A DNA stretch of 64,000 bases from a virus: positions 64,001 to 128,000 of the IMG/VR virus record IMGVR_UViG_3300034107_000314, one strand, 5' to 3'. A program made the position numbers and the translations under genes. A model generated the notes under the pieces. It saw only the letters and a list, made by a program, of their open reading frames with translations, had not been told where the DNA came from and did not search any database. Of the stretch, positions 11,223 through 21,842 are shown one piece after another. Within the stretch, counting starts at the first letter, position 1. Every line of letters begins with the position of its first letter.

Positions 11223-11861
11223 TTATTTAAAGTTCACTTTATAAAAACTATGATCTATATAATTAGATTCGTTTATTATATCATATGATATAGTATTTAA
11301 TCCATTGCTATAGAAATCTTTTTCTGTTTTGCTTGCGCATATATTTATATTTTTCGCATTTGTATCTATTACTAGGTTGTTACCTTCTGATATATCTTCG
11401 GAATTATCAAAATTTACAAATCTTTTTTCCATTTCTAAATTAAAATATTGACATTTTTTTTTGGGTTCATGGTCTTCTCCTCCCCATCCCCAGTAATCAT
11501 TAGAGTATCCATTCATTTTAATATAGGAAGACGGTTTATAGCAAAATCCTTTAGGCCAATACTCTCCTTTTTGAGTTAATGCAATAATATCTTTATTGTA
11601 AATATTATAGTCCACATCTATAGGGTAGCAGTCTACTGGATGAAATATATATGTCCAATTATTGTCTTTTTCTTCTTGATTGAAGATATTAAATCCAATA
11701 TTAATTAGATATGCAATATTAAACGGTAAGTTATTATTTTGTTCCACAACCTGTATTTTAAAATCAGCGCCTTTAAATTTCTCATTTAATATTGGTATGA
11801 TTTTATTTAAATTACCTTCTCTATTTCTATACGGTATAGATATTCTATACTTTTCATTCAT
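11223..11861 (-). CDS. GT7-like (beta-1,4-galactosyltransferase family) glycosyltransferase
   Basis: IPYRNRE, VVEQ...FNIAYLINIGF, NGYSNDYWGWGGED. Confidence 0.85.
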   Translation of the reverse strand: MNEKYRISIPYRNREGNLNKIIPILNEKFKGADFKIQVVEQNNNLPFNIAYLINIGFNIFNQEEKDNNWTYIFHPVDCYPIDVDYNIYNKDIIALTQKGEYWPKGFCYKPSSYIKMNGYSNDYWGWGGEDHEPKKKCQYFNLEMEKRFVNFDNSEDISEGNNLVIDTNAKNINICASKTEKDFYSNGLNTISYDIINESNYIDHSFYKVNFK

Positions 11862-13039
11862 ATATATTCTACCTTAACTTCTGGAAAATATTTTAAATAT
11901 AAATTTTTAGATTTAGTTTTAGAATTAACTTTGCTTTTGATTTCGTTATAAAAGTTCCAAGCTAATGGTATATATATAGCTGGAATTTTAATATTATGCT
12001 CCAGTATATTTGGGTCTACTATTGGAATATTTGACCCCGGAGTTAGTAATCCACATTTTAATGGATTATCATCTACAATATAGTCTAATGAGGCATAAGC
12101 AAAATTAAGAAATGTATTTCCTTTTGCCGCTGCGCCATATCCTATAAGCATATGGCTTTTTGATAGATCTCTTATAGTTATATTGAACTCGTCTCTTATT
12201 TCATAACATCTTTGTGCGTATTTATCATATACCTCTTCATTATATAAAAAATCTTCAAATAAAGTATTTATTCCAGATAAACCCATCTTGTCTATTTTAA
12301 ATATATAACTAGTGCCATGTATATCTTCATGCCAACTACCAGTTAAATATAGTCCAGCTCTATCGCAAAGCTTTTTCATTGAATTAAGATTAAAGAATGA
12401 AATATGTTCATGATAAATCGTGTCAAACTCATTATTTTTAATCATATTAGCTTGTGATGTTTGAATATAGATAGTTCCATTGTCATTAAGTATCTCTTTG
12501 GCAGCTTCTAAGAATTCTAATGGATTTGCGTTATGTGCGAATACATTCTGAGCTAAAATTACATCAAATGTTTTATCTATTTTTTTTACAGTATCTTTAT
12601 TAAAGTAATCACAGTATATATGATGACCTTTTGCTGAGCTTATTGGGTAGATATTTTCTGCTGGATCAATTCCATAAGTATCAAAACCTAGTTTAGAAAA
12701 ATAATCTAATTGTGTGCCGTCATTACAAGCGATATCAAGAATTGATTTTGCCTGTGGATGAAGTTTTCTTATTTTCTGTGCAAATCTTTCAAAGTATTCA
12801 TTTAATGTCTTTGATGTTCCACTAACATATAGATAATTTTTAAACATTAAATTTGGATCAACCGCAACGCTTAATTGCAAATGATAACATTTACGACAAA
12901 GATTAAGCCTAAGAGGAAATCTATCTAGCTCCTCTTCGTTATGATGATAATTGTTCGCTAAAGGTTGATCTCCTAGATTTAAAATTTCTTTTAATTCATT
13001 GGAGTCGCAACATAGACATCGATCTAAATTTTTAAACAT
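11858..13039 (-). CDS. Sugar C-methyltransferase (Zn-binding N-terminus, class I SAM domain, C-terminal domain)
   Basis: CLCC...LGDQPLAN...CRKC..LQL; LDIACNDG; FDTIYHEH; GYGAAAKGNT; DDNPLK. Confidence 0.9.
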   Translation of the reverse strand: MFKNLDRCLCCDSNELKEILNLGDQPLANNYHHNEEELDRFPLRLNLCRKCYHLQLSVAVDPNLMFKNYLYVSGTSKTLNEYFERFAQKIRKLHPQAKSILDIACNDGTQLDYFSKLGFDTYGIDPAENIYPISSAKGHHIYCDYFNKDTVKKIDKTFDVILAQNVFAHNANPLEFLEAAKEILNDNGTIYIQTSQANMIKNNEFDTIYHEHISFFNLNSMKKLCDRAGLYLTGSWHEDIHGTSYIFKIDKMGLSGINTLFEDFLYNEEVYDKYAQRCYEIRDEFNITIRDLSKSHMLIGYGAAAKGNTFLNFAYASLDYIVDDNPLKCGLLTPGSNIPIVDPNILEHNIKIPAIYIPLAWNFYNEIKSKVNSKTKSKNLYLKYFPEVKVEYI

Positions 13040-13908
13040 TTATCTCTCCTGATGAAATTAGCTATTTCAAAATTATCAAGTAGACTATCAGATATATTTT
13101 CAATAGAATCTTTAAAAGTAAAATTGTAACGATTGCAAAATTTTTCGGTATTTAATTTAAAATCATACATTTTACTGCTATCATCTTCTTTTGTTTCAAC
13201 ATTACATAAAAATCTATTAGAAACGTAGTCCGCTATTTCTTTAACAGAACAGTTAAATGAGGCTATGTTATATATTCCTCTATTATCATTAGAAGTGTTT
13301 ATAATAATTTCTATAGCATTGCATAAATCGTTTAATCCTAATATACCTCTGCTGACACTAGGATTAATTGATTTAATTTTTTTATTAATTATAGCATTTT
13401 TTACCATGCTATTAATAATTACATCATCTCTAATAATATTACTATATTGGGTTTTCCCATTTACGGTTCCAAATCTTAGACCGTAATATTCAATATTAGA
13501 AAGCGATGCATACATATCATTTATTTTTTTTGTTAAGTCATAATACGAGACTGATTCTAGCGTATTGCAGTTCTCAGAAGCTAATTGTCCACCTATATCG
13601 CCATATATACTGCCTGAGCTTGCGTATATAAATTTTTGATAATTTTTTATTTTAGATAGTAATTGTATAAAATTAGATACATTATTTTTGAAACTATATT
13701 TTATATCTCCCTCGCATGGTTTAACTCCTGCGCTTGCAGCGAGCAATACTATATTTTTATATTTACTAATTTCCTTTTTTGTCAATTGTCCATAATTTAT
13801 ACATATTTCACCTCCATTTATATCAACTCCTATAGATCTATCTTGTAGTTTTCCGTATAAAGCTGAACCTATATATCCTTGAGATCCTATTATCAATGTA
13901 TCTTTCAT
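13024..13908 (-). CDS. NAD-dependent epimerase/dehydratase
   Basis: IIGSQGYIGS; YASSGSIYG; YDLTK (YxxxK); LRFGTVNG. Confidence 0.88.
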   Translation of the reverse strand: MKDTLIIGSQGYIGSALYGKLQDRSIGVDINGGEICINYGQLTKKEISKYKNIVLLAASAGVKPCEGDIKYSFKNNVSNFIQLLSKIKNYQKFIYASSGSIYGDIGGQLASENCNTLESVSYYDLTKKINDMYASLSNIEYYGLRFGTVNGKTQYSNIIRDDVIINSMVKNAIINKKIKSINPSVSRGILGLNDLCNAIEIIINTSNDNRGIYNIASFNCSVKEIADYVSNRFLCNVETKEDDSSKMYDFKLNTEKFCNRYNFTFKDSIENISDSLLDNFEIANFIRRDKCLKI

Positions 13909-13937
13909 ATTTCATATTTTCTATTATTATATTAAGT

Positions 13938-14516
13938 TTATTTAAAAATAACTAATCCAGTTCCAGACCAATGGCCTTTTTCAGTTAAGTCGTATTTTTC
14001 TAATTTTATACTTTTCCATATTTTAGTTAATTCTGGAAATTCATATATATCATCTAATAATAATAATCCATTCCAATTATTTTTAATTAAAAATTCTATA
14101 AATATATTTTCATATATACCATCATGTGCTGTGTCAAGAATTATAAATGGAGAATTAAGTAATATATCTCTATCTAATATAACATCTTTTATTTTAAAAT
14201 GAATGTTAGTAGATAGATTTGTATATTTAGTTAAGTATTCTATTTCCGGCTCATTTAATATGTCGTATGAATATACTTTATTATTTTTATTTTTTGACAG
14301 GGCAAGTGCTGAAAATCCTTTATATGTTCCAATATCAAATAAATTAGCGTCCTGATACAGTGATGTTATGTATGCTAATAATCTATAATGTTCTTTACCA
14401 GATTTTTCAAAAAACCATTCTTTGTATTTTAATACTTTATCAGCGTAATCTTGATAATTGGATAAGTCTATATTATCTAACTCTTCATTTGTTACGCTTA
14501 ATATTTTATTTAGCAT
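13938..14516 (-). CDS. Class I SAM-dependent methyltransferase
   Basis: LFDIGTYKGFSA; ILDTAHDG; LLLDDI. Confidence 0.75.
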   Translation of the reverse strand: MLNKILSVTNEELDNIDLSNYQDYADKVLKYKEWFFEKSGKEHYRLLAYITSLYQDANLFDIGTYKGFSALALSKNKNNKVYSYDILNEPEIEYLTKYTNLSTNIHFKIKDVILDRDILLNSPFIILDTAHDGIYENIFIEFLIKNNWNGLLLLDDIYEFPELTKIWKSIKLEKYDLTEKGHWSGTGLVIFK

Positions 14517-15274
14517 TATTTAAATTCCTCTGTATATCTTTTAATTGACTCAATCCAGTATTTATTGTAGTGATTATTTAGATGCCATATCTCATCATCT
14601 ACATGTACTCCTTGCTTAGCTCCTATATTTTGTATTCTAGATATTTCTGGATAAATTTCATATCTATCACCTCTTAATCTTTTTGCCATGTTAACGTCCC
14701 ATCCTCCATGAGCATATCCAAAATCCCAATCCTTTTTAATAGTCTGCCATCTATCAATCCAAGTTCCCCATCCCCAAGGTGTAAAATGCCGTCTTCTTGA
14801 CGTTGCCATTATATCATCTGTACGCAAATTGCAACAGTTTTCCATAGGATTATCCGAATTAACATATCCAGAAATATTAAAAATAGAATCATCGTCTTTA
14901 TATTTCTCACTTGCCCACTCAAAATACTTTAAGCAATCTTTTCCCGGAATTGTATCATCTTCTAGATGAATATGGAAAGTTGGATTTAAATTAAACCCCA
15001 TAGACACGCATTGAAAAATATTAGTTTGGCATCCATATTTGCTGTCATTAATATATAAATATGTATCATTTGGTCTAAATAATTTGGATAATTCTATTAC
15101 TTCATTATTTTCTGGCTCTACACAAATTATTATTTTATAATCTTCTATTCCAAAACAATTATTTAAATGATCAAATAATATTTTAGTGTAATCTGGTCTA
15201 TTATATAGTGATATCGATATACTTTTCAAGATATGCCTCTTGCGTAAAATTAGTGAATTTATCATGGAATCCAA
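14516..15274 (-). CDS. GT-A fold glycosyltransferase (true start probably ~15229)
   Basis: LYNRPDY; IHLEDD; PWGWGTWIDRW; SRIQNIG. Confidence 0.8.
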   Translation of the reverse strand: MDSMINSLILRKRHILKSISISLYNRPDYTKILFDHLNNCFGIEDYKIIICVEPENNEVIELSKLFRPNDTYLYINDSKYGCQTNIFQCVSMGFNLNPTFHIHLEDDTIPGKDCLKYFEWASEKYKDDDSIFNISGYVNSDNPMENCCNLRTDDIMATSRRRHFTPWGWGTWIDRWQTIKKDWDFGYAHGGWDVNMAKRLRGDRYEIYPEISRIQNIGAKQGVHVDDEIWHLNNHYNKYWIESIKRYTEEFK

Positions 15275-15896
15275 ATGATTCTGGTAAGGTTTCTTTTACT
15301 AAATGCTCTGTAGAAAATCTGGCAGCTAATTCTACTGGAGCATATTTGATACCAAGTTTTAACATTTCTTCATAAAATAAAACCGAAGCAATGTAATCAT
15401 CATTTATAAGAATATATCCCTTTTCTCTAGGTTTACTAATTTCTAGGTCTAAATTACTGAATAATTTATTGCAAGCATCTAAGAATTTTTTTGACTTTAA
15501 ATTAAAGCCACCATTTCCAATTCTATTAATATAGCCCCAGCTTTCCGGCCAAGGCGCTCCAATATAATCATATTTTAAAAATTCATCAGTCCATAAATTC
15601 GGTCTTACGATAAAACCATCATGTTGTACATTTAGGCAATATTCAGTATCAATGTACTTATATAATTCTTTTAAAGAGAATTCTGAATACTGAGCAATAT
15701 TATTAACTTCTCCAATGTCAATTAATTCAATCCTACTGTCGTTCTTTTTATATTTATTATTAACACCTTTCTTATCTGTGAATAATTTATAAGAATTAAA
15801 ATTAAACGACTGCATTGATTTTATCATAGATAGTATAGCTTCCTGTGGCTGAACTGTATCTATGCATATTAAAGTTACCTGATCAAGGTTTCGCAT
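15201..15896 (-). CDS. DUF5672-like putative glycosyltransferase
   Basis: VQHDGFI; YDYIGAPW; IGNGGFNLKSKK; FGFH. Confidence 0.8.
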   Translation of the reverse strand: MRNLDQVTLICIDTVQPQEAILSMIKSMQSFNFNSYKLFTDKKGVNNKYKKNDSRIELIDIGEVNNIAQYSEFSLKELYKYIDTEYCLNVQHDGFIVRPNLWTDEFLKYDYIGAPWPESWGYINRIGNGGFNLKSKKFLDACNKLFSNLDLEISKPREKGYILINDDYIASVLFYEEMLKLGIKYAPVELAARFSTEHLVKETLPESFGFHDKFTNFTQEAYLEKYIDITI

Positions 15897-16612
15897 ATTT
15901 CGTATTTATACCCGTGAATAAAATCTGTTCCATTAAAATCGCGTGAAAATTCTTCTTCGATTAATTTGCTCCAATCCTTATCATCTTTGTGACTCCAAGA
16001 GCTTACCTTTTTCAACATTCCCTCTTTGTCCATTGCCCAGCTGTAATGATGGCACATAGGCTTGTCATCTAATCCTAACACTCCAAATTCTTTAGATAAG
16101 TTTGGAATATATTTATATGAAGCTCTTTCTAATTCGGTAAAAATATTTTCTTCAGATACGACTTTTTTATTTACTAGCATTGGACTATCTTCATATGTTA
16201 ATGATCTATAATTAGTAGATCTAAAATACCAGTAATTTGCAAATGTTGTTACGTCTGCAATATTATCTTTTAGATTCATCCATTCTTTGATTTTATTTTT
16301 TTCAAATACTTCATCTGAATCTAAGAATAAGATGTGGTCTGATTTCGATATCTGGTATCCTACCCACCTTGTATAATTTGAATGCCACCTAGAGCTATTT
16401 GAAATGTCAAAGTTTAATTTTATAAACTTACAGTCTTTATTTTTATCTTTTACATCTTCTATTATATCTAGATCTTCGGGTTTATTATCAAATGTATAAT
16501 CAAAATATGTAATTATTATATTATTACTTATTTCTCTAATTCCTTCAATAGTATGATTTATATATTTATAATCATAACTACAAAATGGTATTATAGTATC
16601 TATATTCAACAT
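15875..16612 (-). CDS. GT2-like glycosyltransferase
   Basis: ILFLDSDE (DxD); HHYSW...KKVSSWSH. Confidence 0.7.
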   Translation of the reverse strand: MLNIDTIIPFCSYDYKYINHTIEGIREISNNIIITYFDYTFDNKPEDLDIIEDVKDKNKDCKFIKLNFDISNSSRWHSNYTRWVGYQISKSDHILFLDSDEVFEKNKIKEWMNLKDNIADVTTFANYWYFRSTNYRSLTYEDSPMLVNKKVVSEENIFTELERASYKYIPNLSKEFGVLGLDDKPMCHHYSWAMDKEGMLKKVSSWSHKDDKDWSKLIEEEFSRDFNGTDFIHGYKYEICETLIR

Positions 16613-16638
16613 TATATTTATTTTCTATTTGAATTTTA

Positions 16639-17184
16639 TTATGTTAAGTCTGACACATTATTACTTGACCACATCTTACAGCTCCAGTAATTAGCCTTCC
16701 ACTTTGGCCCCGGATTATCACAGTTGTGCCTTGCTCTGTAAGACTTTCGTCTTTCTGGATCATCGCGTTTGATTTCCATATTTGGATCGCCAAAGTTTAC
16801 TTTTACGACATTGCCACTCTCATTTTTAACATAGACTGAAAATTTCTTTGGGCCACCGGGAGTTCTGAATGGTTTATTGAGTGTAACTTTCTTATCTTTT
16901 CCAGTGTCTTTAGCATTTAAAGTTTTATCTTGGTCGCCCTCATAGAAAACTCCACCCGCAATAGACGTTTCATATGTAAACTCATCCCATTCATCATTCC
17001 ATTCAGCTTCTGCAAGTTGATATGCCAGATCAGCTCCTTCCATTGCAGTTGCTCTAGATTCTTGTAGACAGATCGCAACTCTTTGCTGAGAATCTTTATA
17101 GTCTTTTTTCATTACGGGGTTGCTCATGCATCTTGCAACATATTCTTTAGAGTCTTCGTCTTTTCGCTTACTTGGGATTGGCAT
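16639..17184 (-). CDS. Conserved phage protein (DUF6321-like C-terminal domain)
   Basis: KVTLNKPFRTPGGPKKFSVYVK...KVNFGDPNM...RARHNC...YWSC. Confidence 0.65.
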   Translation of the reverse strand: MPIPSKRKDEDSKEYVARCMSNPVMKKDYKDSQQRVAICLQESRATAMEGADLAYQLAEAEWNDEWDEFTYETSIAGGVFYEGDQDKTLNAKDTGKDKKVTLNKPFRTPGGPKKFSVYVKNESGNVVKVNFGDPNMEIKRDDPERRKSYRARHNCDNPGPKWKANYWSCKMWSSNNVSDLT

Positions 17185-17630
17185 TAGTCAGATTCCTCCA
17201 TTGTATCTTCTTCAGGACTTTCTTCGTAATACATTACATAATCATGCACAGCTTTTAAATAGTCTTCAATAATTGTAATCTTGGATTGAACCCAACCTTC
17301 TGATAGGCAGGATTGGTTTGATTCATTCAATCCCATCATTAGAGCATTTGCGTGTTTAACTATAGATTTAATAGAAGCTTTTGTCATTTCTATATTTTCC
17401 ATGACAATCTCTTCTGGATTATCGGAAGCTTTATTCTTTTTCCAAGCGGCTTCAATCTCACTAATTACATTTTTATTTGTTCCTAGTCCAGTATCGCTAA
17501 CAGGTGGAGTTTTCATTTGCTTTCCTTTATTTTTTTTAGAATACGATAGTTCATCTGGTTCTTCTGGAGTGTCTGCTGGTTCTCTTTCATCGAACTGTTT
17601 TACATCTTTAGCTGTAATATTCTTTTTCAT
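17184..17630 (-). CDS. Hypothetical phage protein
   Basis: WVQSKITIIEDYLKAVHDY segment; AGGAG RBS. Confidence 0.6.
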   Translation of the reverse strand: MKKNITAKDVKQFDEREPADTPEEPDELSYSKKNKGKQMKTPPVSDTGLGTNKNVISEIEAAWKKNKASDNPEEIVMENIEMTKASIKSIVKHANALMMGLNESNQSCLSEGWVQSKITIIEDYLKAVHDYVMYYEESPEEDTMEESD

Positions 17631-17695
17631 TGTTTCTCCTAAAAATAAATAGCGATATATCCATTTAGGATACTCGCTATATCGTATAATATTAA

Positions 17696-18049
17696 TTAAT
17701 TAAGGGTTAAGAAATATTGTGCGCTGTGTACAAGAGCTAACATTTCATCACGAATATTCAATAGATCTGTATCATTTGGATCTAGTTCATTACTTAATCC
17801 GACAAGAAACTCCTCAAAAGATGAGATGGTTTCATTTACATTCGATGTGTTATATGCGATCATTGATCCTGAGTTAGCTGGCATATTCCTACCATACTTA
17901 CCCATATAAGTTTCCATGAAAGTATCTGTAAGGTCGTGGATTCCATCATAGAGATCGCCAAGTGTCTTGTGTTGTGAGTATGATGTTGTCAGCCAATGAA
18001 ATACGTGGATTTGCATTACAAATCCCAAAAGTGTGCTTGCAAATTGCAT
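17696..18049 (-). CDS. Ferritin/Dps-like protein (DUF5856-like)
   Basis: HVFHW..TSYSQHKTLGDLYD...DTFMETYMGKYGR...DLLNIRDEM. Confidence 0.75.
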   Translation of the reverse strand: MQFASTLLGFVMQIHVFHWLTTSYSQHKTLGDLYDGIHDLTDTFMETYMGKYGRNMPANSGSMIAYNTSNVNETISSFEEFLVGLSNELDPNDTDLLNIRDEMLALVHSAQYFLTLN

Positions 18050-18095
18050 TCAATTCTCCGTTAATTTTATTAAAAGTTGACTGTTTGATAACTTA

Positions 18096-18443
18096 TTATA
18101 ACCTGTATGCGTCAATAAGAAAACTCTCAATATCGATATATTTTTTATTTTCCCACATAGTTTTTACTTTTTCTTTTGCTAAAGATTTCTTCATCCCTAA
18201 AGATACTAAACACTCTATAGCTTCGGGCTTAAGATCTATCTCTTCTTTTTGCTTTACTAGTTCGTGCTGTTTTATTTTTTTAGATTCTGGTCTTACTTTT
18301 TTGCGTTTGGGTTTTATATAAATTGGTTTAGTTTCTACATATCTTATTTCTGGTTCTCGTTCTGGACTGCCTATAAAAATAGGGATTAACATTGGCAAAA
18401 ACAGACATAGCCCCATAAAAATTAGACTACCGTTTTCGTTCAT
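18096..18443 (-). CDS. Hypothetical protein with N-terminal TM segment and RuvA-C-terminal-like helix bundle
   Basis: EAIECLVSLGMKKSLAKEKV. Confidence 0.45.
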   Translation of the reverse strand: MNENGSLIFMGLCLFLPMLIPIFIGSPEREPEIRYVETKPIYIKPKRKKVRPESKKIKQHELVKQKEEIDLKPEAIECLVSLGMKKSLAKEKVKTMWENKKYIDIESFLIDAYRL

Positions 18444-18519
18444 GTTAATCCCCTTTTATTACTCATGCATACAAGATATAGTTCGTTAAGGAGTAATGCT
18501 TACTTTATTTCTATATCTA

Positions 18520-19428
18520 TTATTTGCAGAATCTGCCGTTTGAATCACGCTTGTTATGATAAGGACACTCGTCATCAGAGCAATTGCCTAGCTCTTCATC
18601 AAGTCTTTCACATTCATCAGGGTCGTCACAATCGCAGTTTGGAAATCCGCAATCATCATCGTCCTCGTCCTCGTCGTCCTCATCATTATTATACTGCGAA
18701 GAGTAGTCGTTGGCAAGTGGTTTTTCAAATTCTCCCACAACTTTATACTTCGCCGTCCTGAGCTTTTGATTCTGGCAGTCATGAGGAACGCTCACAACGT
18801 CCGATGGGTCAACCTCAACGACCACTAGGCGATTAGCCCCCTGATTGAACTCTGTGGCGTAGGCCAGCGTGCCAACGTGAAAGCCATAGCTACAACCAAG
18901 ATCGGGGTCATCACATACATCATTGCGGGCCATTGTATGCTCACTACCAATCGTATTCAAGAACTTATTACTGTACCAGTCCTTGTAGTCTTCACGAACT
19001 GATTTATAAGCCAAGAAATTACCAGTTGGAGTCAGTGGCATTTGCCCATGCTCAAGAAACTTATAAAGTTCCTGCACTGCTCTGCGAGAAGGATTTTGTA
19101 ATACCTTGCTCAAGAAGTTTAGCAGTGGCTTAACAGGAAGTTTAGCCTTCATAAATTCCAAGATCTTAACGGTCAAGTAATTATCAATGTAATTACCATT
19201 GTACTTAACTCCAATATCATCAACTTCAATTCCCGAAGATGATGTATATACTTCAACAGCTTTCTTAACACTGAGAAGTTCTTCAAGACCTTCATAGTCT
19301 TCAGCGTCCAGCTTATCCAAAACCGTTTGCCAGTTTGGATGGGACGAATCAATATTATAGACCTTAGCAGAGTCGAGAAAGCTAACGGTCAGTGAATTTT
19401 CTGTTCCAATAAAAGCGACATTACTCAT
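18520..19428 (-). CDS. rIIB: rIIB-like protein
   Basis: NPSRRAVQELYKFL, GNFLAYK, CSYGFHVG, VDPSDVVSVP; adjacent to rIIA. Confidence 0.88.
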   Translation of the reverse strand: MSNVAFIGTENSLTVSFLDSAKVYNIDSSHPNWQTVLDKLDAEDYEGLEELLSVKKAVEVYTSSSGIEVDDIGVKYNGNYIDNYLTVKILEFMKAKLPVKPLLNFLSKVLQNPSRRAVQELYKFLEHGQMPLTPTGNFLAYKSVREDYKDWYSNKFLNTIGSEHTMARNDVCDDPDLGCSYGFHVGTLAYATEFNQGANRLVVVEVDPSDVVSVPHDCQNQKLRTAKYKVVGEFEKPLANDYSSQYNNDEDDEDEDDDDCGFPNCDCDDPDECERLDEELGNCSDDECPYHNKRDSNGRFCK

Positions 19429-21494
19429 ACTTCACCATCCTTTTGAATTGTTGTAGAAACCAGATCAACGTATTGGGCCACTTGTTTAATTATACCATCG
19501 AAATCTCTGTTGTCAATCAAAACTTTCAGCAGAGGGTACTTTTCCTTGATTTTGTTCTGAGCTTCGTAGTGCTTTGCATCTCGCTTAGCGACCTCGTCGG
19601 AAATCTCCTTGTATAGCGATGAATCGTGACGACGAATAATATTCGTGATTGCTTCGTAATATCCTACTTTAGTGTAGTCAAGGGAGAAACCACTATATTC
19701 TTTCATGTAATCATCAATAAGAGTCTCGGATTCAGTCTCATCATGGATTTTCGCAAGTGCTTGCCATTGAGTGTCAGATTTAACATTGTCCTCTGACAAC
19801 ATGCGAATGATTTCATCTTTATTTGTCTTTACCTCATTGACAAGATAATCTAAGAAATTAACAAAGTTACGTTCGTTAATCTTTAAACTATTGAATTGAT
19901 TATCAGTAAAAATATACACTGTCTTATCTCCAATTACTTTTGGGTTATTTATGCTATGAGTCTCTAGTCTATAGTATTGGCTATCTGTTAGATAGAATCC
20001 TTCTTTAGTATCCTTGCTGAGCTTAGCACCTTTTCTATCTGCACCATTGATAGTATAGTTCATAGCGGTGCAGTTATTACCTGTACTACTGCGAACTACA
20101 GCAGAATCCTTATTAAAGGTCAGCTTTGAAGCGAAAAGAAAATCTGATTCCTCAAAGCCATATACATTAATGAGAATATCTTTATCTGCAACATCAATTA
20201 CAAAGATTGTCGATATTGTCATATCATCTGAAATGCTTGCTTTTTGTAGCTCCTTCATCTTAAGGTTAAAATTAGTATTTTTATCCTTAATTACGATAAC
20301 TGTACCTTCGGTAACTCTATGGTTTCCATGAGAACCAATTTTAATCATTTCAATTTTATCACGCCATCGATCATATCTGCAATACATTGCATCTTTTGAT
20401 AGTATCTCTTGATGAACAAGTGCAAAATATGAAATATCGTCATAGCTTGAAGGATATAAACCTCCCACTAGATCTTTTACAAATCTACGGGTTAGTCCGC
20501 TATCATTCACAACTTTAAAGATTGATTTGAATTTCTCAAACTTAGATTGTGATACGTTACTTTCAGCATTCTTGACTGACAAAGCGACCTCTTCAATAAG
20601 TTCGTCTTTAACCTTTTGGATAAATCCGTTAGTCTTAGATCTATACTCAAGAGATTCGCGAGAAGGAGTGATATCAACATCGCCAATGTTAGCATTGATG
20701 ACTACAGTTTTATTGCCAATGAATGTATGCTTAAAGATCTCGCTTTCACATGGGTAAAGCACTTGGCCCATACGAACAAAAACAGTACAAGAATAGTCAG
20801 ATGTATGCTCGTACTTGTCAAATCCATCAGCTTTACCAAACAGTACAATCCTTTGATCTTTCTTGCCTTCCATCAAGTTTTTAATATTAAAGCTGTTGTT
20901 AATCTTTGGAGTGATATCAAACCAGCTCAGTACTCTAGTTACAGCTTTATTAAAGCTAGTACGATCTTCATGCTTAACTGCAAAGCTAACCTTTACACCT
21001 TTATCTTCAGTTGGACTATTTGCAAGTAAAGAAACAGAGGGTTCGCCGTTTTCATTTTCAAAACACAAGTATACGTACTTATGTCCGTTGTAGTTATTCT
21101 CTACGGTAAATTGCTTTGTGTACGCAAATGGGCTTTTTGAACCAAGACCAAAGCAACCGACCTGAGTGTCCGAAGTTGTCTTGGTTGAATAGAAATATGT
21201 GGTGTAAATCTTTTCAAATTCTTCGGGGTCGATACCCTTGCCATGATCGCGTACAGAGAACGAATGGTCAATAAAGTCTGGGAAGTGGACTTCGATTGGA
21301 ACATCGCCAATACCGGCATTTACGTGAGCATCTGAGGCATTTGTGCAAAGCTCCCGCACGATAGCCTGATATTGATCGCTATACAACTTAGATGAGAGAA
21401 TATTGAAAGCCTTAGAGCTGGTTTCAATCTTGAACGTGGATTCTTGAAACCCATTTGAGCGAACGACTTTTCTTTTTTCATCTGCAATAATCAT
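19425..21494 (-). CDS. rIIA: rIIA-like protein (GHKL/Hsp90-type ATPase N-terminus)
   Basis: LYSD..AIVRELCTNASDAH, VRDHGKG, GCFGLGSKSPFAY. Confidence 0.9.
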   Translation of the reverse strand: MIIADEKRKVVRSNGFQESTFKIETSSKAFNILSSKLYSDQYQAIVRELCTNASDAHVNAGIGDVPIEVHFPDFIDHSFSVRDHGKGIDPEEFEKIYTTYFYSTKTTSDTQVGCFGLGSKSPFAYTKQFTVENNYNGHKYVYLCFENENGEPSVSLLANSPTEDKGVKVSFAVKHEDRTSFNKAVTRVLSWFDITPKINNSFNIKNLMEGKKDQRIVLFGKADGFDKYEHTSDYSCTVFVRMGQVLYPCESEIFKHTFIGNKTVVINANIGDVDITPSRESLEYRSKTNGFIQKVKDELIEEVALSVKNAESNVSQSKFEKFKSIFKVVNDSGLTRRFVKDLVGGLYPSSYDDISYFALVHQEILSKDAMYCRYDRWRDKIEMIKIGSHGNHRVTEGTVIVIKDKNTNFNLKMKELQKASISDDMTISTIFVIDVADKDILINVYGFEESDFLFASKLTFNKDSAVVRSSTGNNCTAMNYTINGADRKGAKLSKDTKEGFYLTDSQYYRLETHSINNPKVIGDKTVYIFTDNQFNSLKINERNFVNFLDYLVNEVKTNKDEIIRMLSEDNVKSDTQWQALAKIHDETESETLIDDYMKEYSGFSLDYTKVGYYEAITNIIRRHDSSLYKEISDEVAKRDAKHYEAQNKIKEKYPLLKVLIDNRDFDGIIKQVAQYVDLVSTTIQKDGEV

Positions 21495-21842
21495 CTCTGT
21501 CTCCTTGTTAGGTCCAATCTGACGTTTCTTGTACCACTATTCTAACATGAGAATCGGCCCTGTCAAGGGTCTCTTCGCTTTTTTCTCATTTTGTCAATTC
21601 TTTTCATCACCGGATCGTCGTTGAAGTAGATATCGTCGTCGCTATCAGAGAACCCGGTCTCGTTCACAATCCAAACTGCACCCTTAGCATCAATCCTTAA
21701 TCTCAGCCAAACTTTAAGACATGCATCAAGTTCATTCTTTGCATCTACAATCTCTTGATAATCTTTAATAAGGCTGAGTGCATTAGTTGTTCCTTTTGGA
21801 ATTGGTAGCTTTTCAGTTACTCTGACATAATATTTGGCCATA

